From NCBI GenBank assembly GCA_963530515.1, contig CAUSEC010000026.1, forward strand, positions 8,075-38,074: DNA of 30,000 nt, given 5' to 3'. The translations under genes were made by a program, and so were the position numbers. Below are positions 20,414 through 30,000 of this stretch, one piece after another. Below the pieces are notes generated by a model. It worked only from the letters and a program-made list of their open reading frames with translations. It did not search any database and was not told where the DNA came from. Numbering within the stretch: position 1 is the first letter of the stretch; each line of letters begins with the position of its first letter. Origin of the DNA: an uncultured Enterobacteriaceae bacterium. GTDB lineage: Bacteria; Pseudomonadota; Gammaproteobacteria; Enterobacterales; Enterobacteriaceae.

Positions 20414-20497
20414 AAAAAGCCGTAAAGACATTGACCTCTTAACAGGTGTGCCGTCGTTTTTGTGAACAATTAAATATATTTTAAAAGGAACGAAAAT

Positions 20498-21283
20498 ATG
20501 AGCAATTCATTACATCTGACCCGTAACGGCTCTATTCTGGAAATCATACTGGATCGTCCTAAAGCGAATGCCATTGATGCCAAAACCAGTTTTGAAATGG
20601 GCGAAGCCTTTCTTCACTTTCGTGATGATCCGCAATTACGCGTGGCCATTATTACCGGTGCCGGGGAGAAATTCTTTTCCGCCGGATGGGATTTAAAAGC
20701 GGCGGCCGAGGGGGAAGCGCCAGATGCCGATTTTGGGCCGGGAGGGTTTGCCGGTCTCACTGAACTCTTTGATCTCGACAAACCGGTGATAGCTGCCGTG
20801 AACGGGTACGCTTTTGGCGGCGGTTTTGAGCTGGCGCTGGCGGCGGATTTTATCCTCTGCGCCGACAATGCCAGCTTTGCGCTACCTGAAGCGAAACTGG
20901 GTATCGTCCCGGACAGCGGCGGCGTGCTGCGTCTGCCTAAATGTTTACCGCCCGCTATCGTCAATGAACTGGTGATGACAGGCAGACGTATGGATGCCGA
21001 AGAGGCGCTGCGCTGGGGAATTGTCAACAAGGTCGTCAGCCCGCAAACGCTGATGGAGAGCGCACGTGAACTGGCTCAGCAGTTGACCCTAAGCGCCCCG
21101 CTGGCGCTGGCGGCGTTGAAAGAGATTACCCGAACCACCCGGGAAATGCCGGTTGAAGAAGGGTATCGTTTTATACGCAGCGGCGTGCTGAAACATTACC
21201 CGGCAGTGCTCCATTCCGAAGATGCGGTTGAAGGCCCGCAGGCTTTTGCCGAGAAACGTGATCCGGTATGGAAAGGGCGGTAA
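20498..21283 (+). CDS. caiD: Carnitinyl-CoA dehydratase (crotonase family), 261 aa
   Basis: [38 protein letters not shown]...[13 protein letters not shown] is collinear with E. coli CaiD. An AAGGAA SD is present. Confidence 0.96.
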   Translation: MSNSLHLTRNGSILEIILDRPKANAIDAKTSFEMGEAFLHFRDDPQLRVAIITGAGEKFFSAGWDLKAAAEGEAPDADFGPGGFAGLTELFDLDKPVIAAVNGYAFGGGFELALAADFILCADNASFALPEAKLGIVPDSGGVLRLPKCLPPAIVNELVMTGRRMDAEEALRWGIVNKVVSPQTLMESARELAQQLTLSAPLALAALKEITRTTREMPVEEGYRFIRSGVLKHYPAVLHSEDAVEGPQAFAEKRDPVWKGR

Positions 21284-21290
21284 CGCACAC

Positions 21291-21887
21291 ATGAGCTACT
21301 ACGCATTTGAGGGGTTAGTACCGGTCGTCCATCCCGAGGCGTATGTACACCCCAGCGCCGTGTTGATAGGTGACGTTATCGTGGAGGCTGGCGTCTACAT
21401 TGGCCCTTTTGCCTCATTGCGCGGTGATTATGGCCGTTTGATTGTGAAGTCCGGAGCGAATGTGCAGGACGGCTGCATCATGCATGGTTATTGCGATATG
21501 GACACCGTGGTGCACGAAAACGGACACATTGGACACGGGGCCATTTTGCATGGCTGTGTGATTGGTCGCGATGCGTTAGTCGGGATGAACAGCGTCATCA
21601 TGGATGGCGCGGTGATTGGCGAGGAAAGCATTGTCGCTGCGATGAGCTTTGTAAAAGCGGGATTTGCCGGTCTTCCCCGGCAACTCCTGATGGGCTCACC
21701 CGCCCGTGTGACCCGCCAGGTGACGGACGACGAGATGCGCTGGAAACAGCTTAATACGCAAGAGTACCAGGATCTTGCCGTCCGCTGCCGGGCAGCGTTG
21801 CATGAAACCAAGCCCTTAATGCAGGTTGAAGCGAATCGCCCACGCCTGAAAGGCACAACGGCGGTACAACCCAAATCGATGTCGTAG
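21291..21887 (+). CDS. caiE: Carnitine operon protein CaiE (left-handed beta-helix / hexapeptide-repeat family), 198 aa
   Basis: [39 protein letters not shown]... matches the E. coli CaiE N-terminus. The ORF-track start at 21222 overlaps the caiD 3' end and is not needed. Confidence 0.92.
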   Translation: MSYYAFEGLVPVVHPEAYVHPSAVLIGDVIVEAGVYIGPFASLRGDYGRLIVKSGANVQDGCIMHGYCDMDTVVHENGHIGHGAILHGCVIGRDALVGMNSVIMDGAVIGEESIVAAMSFVKAGFAGLPRQLLMGSPARVTRQVTDDEMRWKQLNTQEYQDLAVRCRAALHETKPLMQVEANRPRLKGTTAVQPKSMS

Positions 21888-21964
21888 CAATGCGTGCCGG
21901 AGGGCGCTGGCGCTTATCGGCTTGCGTTGTCAGGCCGTTAACGCTGCCCGACTGCACGCTGTTC

Positions 21965-22360
21965 TTAGCGACGCAGGCTTTTAGACAGCATCATCTGCCA
22001 TTTCTGCTCCGGGTTAAGCTCTGCCGGCGGCAGGGTCGCCATGCGGGACGTTTTGCCTGCGTTCAGCATCTTCTCCTGCACGCTGGTTTTCAGTCGATTA
22101 TAGAGGCGGGCATCAATGCTGTTCACCCGCACCAGACGTTGACATTGACACCCTCGCCCTTCAAGCTGATTTGGAATTGTCTTCGTCTCGCAGGTTATTT
22201 CTCCGACTTCGGAAAGAATATAAGAAACCGTATTTATCGCTTTGCAGTGGTCCATATTAAAATGCCTGGCAATTTCTTTAGCACTCACCCAACGATTTTC
22301 CACCATTACCCAATCTGCAATTAACAAGTAGAGGGGTTTTTCAACATATTCTTCACTCAT
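21965..22360 (-). CDS. caiF: Transcriptional activator of the cai/fix operons, CaiF (131 aa)
   Basis: ...EKPLYLLIADWVMVENRWVSAKEIARHF...LEGRGCQCQRLV...EQKWQMMLSKSLRR has the same length and blocks as E. coli CaiF. It is convergent with caiE as in K-12. Confidence 0.93.
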   Translation of the reverse strand: MSEEYVEKPLYLLIADWVMVENRWVSAKEIARHFNMDHCKAINTVSYILSEVGEITCETKTIPNQLEGRGCQCQRLVRVNSIDARLYNRLKTSVQEKMLNAGKTSRMATLPPAELNPEQKWQMMLSKSLRR

Positions 22361-22543
22361 AAGCTCACCATTTTTACAAATTAAAAAAATCCGCTACAGC
22401 GTGTCCTCTATAAATAACAACAAAAAAGAGACCATGCTAAAAATAGGGAAAAGAAGAAATAGTAAGCAATAGCACTGGCGATTAGTGTGAGTGGATCGTG
22501 CTTGTTGTATGAAAATAAAAACTTATTCATGGATCTGCGGCAT

Positions 22544-22575
22544 AAAAAAACGGTTCCTGAGAAGGAACCGTTTTT
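22544..22575. terminator. carB intrinsic terminator (bidirectional architecture)
   Basis: The structure is A7-CGGTTCC-TGAGAA-GGAACCG-T5. On the minus strand the hairpin is followed by T7, 40 nt after the carB stop. Confidence 0.8.
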
Positions 22576-22614
22576 AATCAGACAGCCCAAATTAAGGCTA
22601 CAGAGTGCGGCAAA

Positions 22615-25839
<3,225 letters not shown>

Positions 25840-25857
25840 TGTCTTCTCGGCTCCTGA

Positions 25858-27006
25858 TTATTTAGCGGTCTTACGGTATTGCTCGATAAGTTCGATGAAG
25901 TGATCGAACAGCGGCGCGGCGTCGTGTGGGCCCGGGCTGGCTTCCGGGTGGCCCTGGAAGCTGAACGCAGGCTTATCGGTGCGATGAATCCCCTGCAGGG
26001 TGCCATCGAACAGCGACTTATGCGTCACGCGCAGGTTAGCCGGCATTGAGGCTTCATCGACGGCAAAGCCGTGGTTCTGCGCGGTGATCATCACCGTGTT
26101 GTTATCGATGTCTTTCACCGGGTGGTTACCACCGTGGTGGCCGAACTTCATCTTAACGGTGTTTGCACCGCTCGCCAGCGCCAGCAGCTGATGGCCGAGG
26201 CAGATGCCGAATACCGGAATGTCGGTTTCCAGGAAGGACTTGATGGCGGCGATGGCGTAATCGCACGGCGCCGGGTCGCCGGGACCGTTGGACAGGAAAA
26301 TACCGTCCGGATTCATCTTCAGCACGTCTTCGGCGGACGTTTGTGCCGGAACCACCGTCAGGCGGCAGCCGCGGTCAACCAGCATACGCAGGATGTTGCG
26401 CTTGGCGCCGAAATCGTAGGCCACCACGTGGAACGGCAGCTCGCTCTCTTTTTTCGCTTCCGGCAGGTCGCCTTCCAGCGTCCAGCTACCCTGAGTCCAG
26501 CTGTAGGCTTCAGCAGTAGTTACTTCTTTCGCCAGGTCCATGCCGTTCAGGCCCGGGAAGGCTTTCGCTTTTTCCAGCGCCAGCGTCGCATCGAGGTTAT
26601 CACCCGCGATGATGCAGCCGTTCTGTGCACCCTTCTCGCGCAGCAGACGCGTTAGCTTACGGGTATCGATATCGGCAATCGCCACGATGTTATGGCGCTT
26701 CAGGTAAGAAGAGAGGTCTTCGGTATTGCGGAAGTTGCTGGCAATCAGCGGCAGGTCGCGGATGACCAGGCCTTGCGCATGTACCTGAGAGGATTCTTCG
26801 TCAGCCGCGTTGGTGCCGACATTGCCGATATGAGGATAAGTAAGAGTAACGATTTGGCGAGAATAGGAAGGATCAGTGAGGATTTCTTGATAACCGGTCA
26901 TTGAAGTATTGAAAACGACTTCCCCAACCGCCGAACCCGTTGCCCCTATGGCCCGACCGATAAACTGGGTTCCGTCTTCCAGAACCAATAGCGCTGACTT
27001 AATCAA
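25858..27006 (-). CDS. carA: Carbamoyl-phosphate synthase small (glutaminase) subunit, 382 aa, TTG start
   Basis: (L->M)[48 protein letters not shown]... matches E. coli CarA. The GATase motif GICLGHQ is present. A GGAGGG SD lies 4-5 nt upstream of the TTG at 27006, as in E. coli carA (known UUG start). The ORF-track GTG at 27033 lies inside the ARG boxes and has no SD. Confidence 0.95.
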   Translation of the reverse strand: MIKSALLVLEDGTQFIGRAIGATGSAVGEVVFNTSMTGYQEILTDPSYSRQIVTLTYPHIGNVGTNAADEESSQVHAQGLVIRDLPLIASNFRNTEDLSSYLKRHNIVAIADIDTRKLTRLLREKGAQNGCIIAGDNLDATLALEKAKAFPGLNGMDLAKEVTTAEAYSWTQGSWTLEGDLPEAKKESELPFHVVAYDFGAKRNILRMLVDRGCRLTVVPAQTSAEDVLKMNPDGIFLSNGPGDPAPCDYAIAAIKSFLETDIPVFGICLGHQLLALASGANTVKMKFGHHGGNHPVKDIDNNTVMITAQNHGFAVDEASMPANLRVTHKSLFDGTLQGIHRTDKPAFSFQGHPEASPGPHDAAPLFDHFIELIEQYRKTAK

Positions 27007-27016
27007 AACACCCTCC

Positions 27017-27055
27017 AGAGAATATTCACTCACTTTATTTGCATATTAATTCATA
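27017..27055 (-). promoter_or_regulatory. Tandem ARG boxes (ArgR operator) overlapping carAB P2
   Basis: The minus strand reads TATGAATTAATATGCAAA (27055..27038) - 3 bp - AGTGAGTGAATATTCTCT (27034..27017). These are two 18-bp boxes separated by 3 bp, matching the ARG-box consensus TNTGAATWWWWATTCANW and the E. coli carAB P2 layout. Confidence 0.75.
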
Positions 27056-27072
27056 TATGTGCCTTGAATCAA
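27043..27072 (-). promoter_or_regulatory. carAB promoter P2 (arginine-repressible): -35 TTGATT, -10 TAATAT
   Basis: The minus strand reads TTGATT(27072..27067)-18 nt-TAATAT(27048..27043), the same hexamers and spacing as the E. coli P2 region as I recall it. Confidence 0.6.
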
Positions 27073-27100
27073 TGCAAATCTGCGTAGCCGCGAATTTTTT

Positions 27101-27141
27101 GCAAACGGCGGCATTCTGGAGACATGAGGGGTAAAAGTCAA
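27101..27141 (-). promoter_or_regulatory. carAB promoter P1 (pyrimidine-controlled): -35 TTGACT, 17 nt, -10 CAGAAT, initially transcribed GTTTGC
   Basis: The minus strand reads TTGACT(27141..27136)-17 nt-CAGAAT(27118..27113)-GCCGCC-GTTTGC(27106..27101). The T-run right after +1 is the element used for UTP-sensitive reiterative transcription at E. coli carAB P1. Confidence 0.65.
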
Positions 27142-27227
27142 CTCATAGCGCATATTTTTCATGTCTTTTTGCGCCCCAGGTAAGAATAGCATGAATTTAA
27201 GGGCAAAAAGATCAACTTAACCCGCCC

Positions 27228-27243
27228 ACGTAAACGCTTGCGT
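27228..27243. promoter_or_regulatory. PurR box-like palindrome ACGTAAACGCTTGCGT upstream of P1
   Basis: It matches the PurR consensus ACGCAAACGTTTGCGT at 14/16 positions and is centred about 130 bp upstream of the proposed P1 start. That agrees with the known far-upstream PurR site of E. coli carAB. Confidence 0.55.
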
Positions 27244-27284
27244 ACGGGTATAAACGATCGCTGGTATCTTGAGGAGTAAAAAAG

Positions 27285-27300
27285 TGGACCAAATGGTCAA
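27285..27300. promoter_or_regulatory. RutR box TGGACCAAATGGTCAA
   Basis: It matches the RutR consensus TTGACCANNTGGTCAA at 15/16 positions. RutR is known to bind upstream of carAB P1 in E. coli. Confidence 0.6.
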
Positions 27301-27380
27301 AATTTACAATTAAGAAACAAAAAAGGGAGGGTTAACAGAAGAAAAAGCAGGATATGATTAAAAACAACGACCAACACACC

Positions 27381-27409
27381 AAAATAAAAGGGCAATAAAA
27401 TATTGCCCT
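27381..27409 (-). terminator. dapB intrinsic terminator
   Basis: The minus strand reads AGGGCAATA-TTT-TATTGCCCT (9-bp stem) followed by TTTATTTT, 54 nt after the dapB stop. Confidence 0.8.
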
Positions 27410-27413
27410 ATGC

Positions 27414-27426
27414 AATCAACATATTA
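27414..27426. promoter_or_regulatory. IHF-like site AATCAACATATTA
   Basis: It matches WATCAANNNNTTR exactly and lies about 310 bp upstream of the proposed P1 start. E. coli carAB P1 is known to use a distal IHF site roughly 300 bp upstream. Confidence 0.35.
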
Positions 27427-27462
27427 CGACTGCAATAACCACATCACGATGGGTAATAAACT

Positions 27463-28299
<837 letters not shown>

Positions 28300-28529
28300 T
28301 TAATAAAATGCTGACAATCGCTTCCAGATTAACCAGCCCGCGTTGGGGCTGCCAGCCGAAAACGCCGATAATTAGAATTAAATGATAAACAGCATGGAGT
28401 ATCAGTAAAAGGCATGAGTGTGCATGTTGCGATTTGGCAGGCAAAACGGGCAGGATGCACTGACCGCGAAAGCGAGAAGATGATTATCCGCTCTGGCGGC
28501 CTGTCATTGCCCTGTATATCACTGCTTTC

Positions 28530-29153
28530 TTAATCGACGGTATAGCTCACCACCAGCTGCCCTTTTTTGATTTTTATATTGGTTAGCGTGATAAGACCAA
28601 TTTCCCCGGTCGTCGGCGTATGGGTTCCCCCGCAGCCATAGGCCGACAATTCACCAAACCGCACCTGGCGTTTGCCGTCGATAAATTCAATCTTCCTCGG
28701 CAGATTTGCTGCAACCCATTCTCTGATTTGCTCTTCCAGCATGGACGTGTCCGGCAGAGCGCCTGAGCCCACAAAGGTGATACGCCCTTCTCCCGGCCAG
28801 TGATGGGCTTTGACAGGTTGCCATCCATGCATTTCACCTGCATAACCAATCAAATGCCCGGCGGAGTGCCAGCGAGTATGCATCGCACGTAATTGAGGCT
28901 CAACCTGAATGGCGAGCATGCCTGGCTCAACGGGCAAGGCAACGCTGTGCCACACGGTGTCGCCCTCATTAAAGACGTTCATTACAGGCTCGTCGCCAAT
29001 CCAGCCTTTATCGGCGGGCTGCCCACCGCCCTGAGGATGAAACAGGGTGGCATCCAGCTCAATATTAAAACCGCCCTCATCCGCGGGGATGCAGCGCAGG
29101 ACGTGCGCCTGCCCGGCGGTTTCATCGCAGGTGTAGTAATCTCGTTGTGTCAT
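28530..29153 (-). CDS. Free-standing AlaX-like alanyl/threonyl-tRNA synthetase editing-domain (SAD) protein, 207 aa
   Basis: The zinc and editing motifs HxxxH (HTRWH, followed by SAGH) and CxxxH (CGGTH) are in the correct order and spacing for AlaRS-type editing domains. The N-terminal region resembles the AlaX-M type barrel. Confidence 0.75.
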   Translation of the reverse strand: MTQRDYYTCDETAGQAHVLRCIPADEGGFNIELDATLFHPQGGGQPADKGWIGDEPVMNVFNEGDTVWHSVALPVEPGMLAIQVEPQLRAMHTRWHSAGHLIGYAGEMHGWQPVKAHHWPGEGRITFVGSGALPDTSMLEEQIREWVAANLPRKIEFIDGKRQVRFGELSAYGCGGTHTPTTGEIGLITLTNIKIKKGQLVVSYTVD

Positions 29154-29245
29154 CGATTTTCTCCTTTCGTCTCCGCCAGTATATTATTTTCTCTGACAAC
29201 GATAATCCGCCACTCCGTCAACGCACCTTTGCCTGGTAGACACAA

Positions 29246-30000
29246 ATGAATATCGCCCTGCTCCCGGACCTTGCCACCTTTGTTTTGATTGTCGATCAGG
29301 GCAGTTTCTCCGCCGCCGCCCGCATTACGGGGGCAACGCCCTCGGCGATGAGCCGCTGCGTGTCACGGCTTGAAGAGGCACTGGGGAATAAATTGCTGCA
29401 CCGTAGCACCCGCAAACTGCGCCTCAGTGAATCCGGGAATACCGTTTATGCCCACGCGCAAACTATGCTGGATGCGGCAAAGCAGGCAATGAACGCGGGC
29501 AGCAGCGTGCAGGATGTCGCCCAGGGCACGCTGACGGTGAGCGTGCCCAAAGCCGTCGGTCGGTTTGTGATTCACCCGCTGATGGGCGAATTTCTGGCGC
29601 GTTACCCGCAGGTCAACGTGCGCCTGCGCCTGGAGGACAGGTATATGGATTTGATTGATGAGAGCATCGATCTGGCGCTGCGGATAACCCACTCTCCGTC
29701 GCCGGGCCTGTACGGCAGGCCTCTGATGCCCGTTAGCCACCTGATTTGTGCGACGCCGGACTACTTACGCCAGCACGGTCTACCTGAGAAACCCGACGAC
29801 CTGCGCGAGCATAGCTGCATCAGCCTGGGAGAAAACCCGGCGGATTCACGCTGGAAATTTCGCAAAAACGGCAAGACCGAAACCCTGCAAACCCACGGGC
29901 GCTATGCGGCCAACCACACCGGTGTGCGGCTGGACGCGGTGCTGAATCATCTGGGCATTGGCAGCCTGCCGCTGTTTACGGCCAGAGAAAAACTGGCGAG
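29246..30000 (+). CDS. LysR-family transcriptional regulator, N-terminal ~251 codons; runs off the window end
   Basis: The frame is open from the ATG at 29246 to the window end: MNIALLPDLATFVLIVDQGSFSAAARITGATPSAMSRCVSRLEEALGNKLLHRSTRKLRLSESG (LysR HTH), followed by a substrate-binding domain (LTVSVPKAVGRFVIHPLMGEFLARYPQVNVRLRLED). It is not in the ORF track because no stop lies within the window. It is divergent from the AlaX-like gene. Confidence 0.85.
   Translation, partial: MNIALLPDLATFVLIVDQGSFSAAARITGATPSAMSRCVSRLEEALGNKLLHRSTRKLRLSESGNTVYAHAQTMLDAAKQAMNAGSSVQDVAQGTLTVSVPKAVGRFVIHPLMGEFLARYPQVNVRLRLEDRYMDLIDESIDLALRITHSPSPGLYGRPLMPVSHLICATPDYLRQHGLPEKPDDLREHSCISLGENPADSRWKFRKNGKTETLQTHGRYAANHTGVRLDAVLNHLGIGSLPLFTAREKLA

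Noticed and set aside
21895-21935. REP-like sequence TGCCGGAGGGCGCTGGCGCTTATCGGCTTGCG between the convergent caiE and caiF
   Set aside because: It only loosely resembles the REP consensus (GCCGGA...CTTATCCGGCCTAC). The stem is imperfect, and I cannot distinguish a decayed REP from chance without alignment.
22408-22590. 60-aa hydrophobic ORF on the minus strand upstream of caiF (MGCLIKNGSFSG...FFFSLFLAWSLFCCYL), considered as a possible small membrane protein or toxin
   Set aside because: It starts inside the carB terminator hairpin and has no SD. It lies in AT-rich promoter DNA, where such ORFs arise by chance, and it has no antitoxin-like partner or sRNA features.
27354-27398. 14-codon plus-strand mini-ORF (MIKNNDQHTKIKGQ) with an AGGA upstream, and a strong SD-like AAGGGAGGG at 27323..27330, both in the dapB-carA spacer
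   Set aside because: No start codon follows the strong SD-like run at a usable distance. The mini-ORF ends inside the dapB terminator and lies in the region known in E. coli to be occupied by PepA/IHF architecture. It is most likely fortuitous.
29363-29945. ORFs 29363..29740 (-) and 29748..29945 (+)
   Set aside because: Both overlap the continuous LysR-family reading frame (29246 to the window end), which has a clear HTH and substrate-binding domain. The competing ORFs have no recognisable features.

Overview
This is an enterobacterial chromosomal segment, with proteins close to E. coli K-12 and compatible with the Escherichia/Citrobacter/Salmonella clade. It is collinear, in reverse orientation, with the K-12 0.6-1.1 min region: folA(partial)-kefC-kefF ... 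yaaU-fixXCBA / caiTABCDE-caiF-carBA-dapB. All core genes look intact. The carAB control region can be read directly from the sequence (P1, P2, tandem ARG boxes, PurR, RutR and IHF-like sites, TTG start), as can the divergent cai/fix control region.

Two places differ from K-12 gene order. (1) A ~6.6 kb, eight-gene block lies between kefF and yaaU. It contains a GntR/IdnR-like LacI regulator, a 2-hydroxyacid dehydrogenase, a TtuB/KguT-like MFS transporter, a UPF0303 protein, idnO-like and idnK-like genes, a DUF386 (YhcH-family) protein and a small lipoprotein. I read it as a re-wired, idn-like keto-aldonate utilisation locus that includes two families of unknown function. (2) Upstream of dapB, a free-standing AlaX-like tRNA-editing-domain protein is paired divergently with a LysR regulator where K-12 has rihC.

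I found no tRNA, rRNA, CRISPR, IS or integrase, and no recognisable defence or toxin module. I cannot support a clearly new system here. The most interesting leads are the function-unknown genes embedded in the sugar-acid block and the LysR/AlaX pair. Every homology statement comes from reading the translations against remembered reference sequences and motifs, not from a database search.
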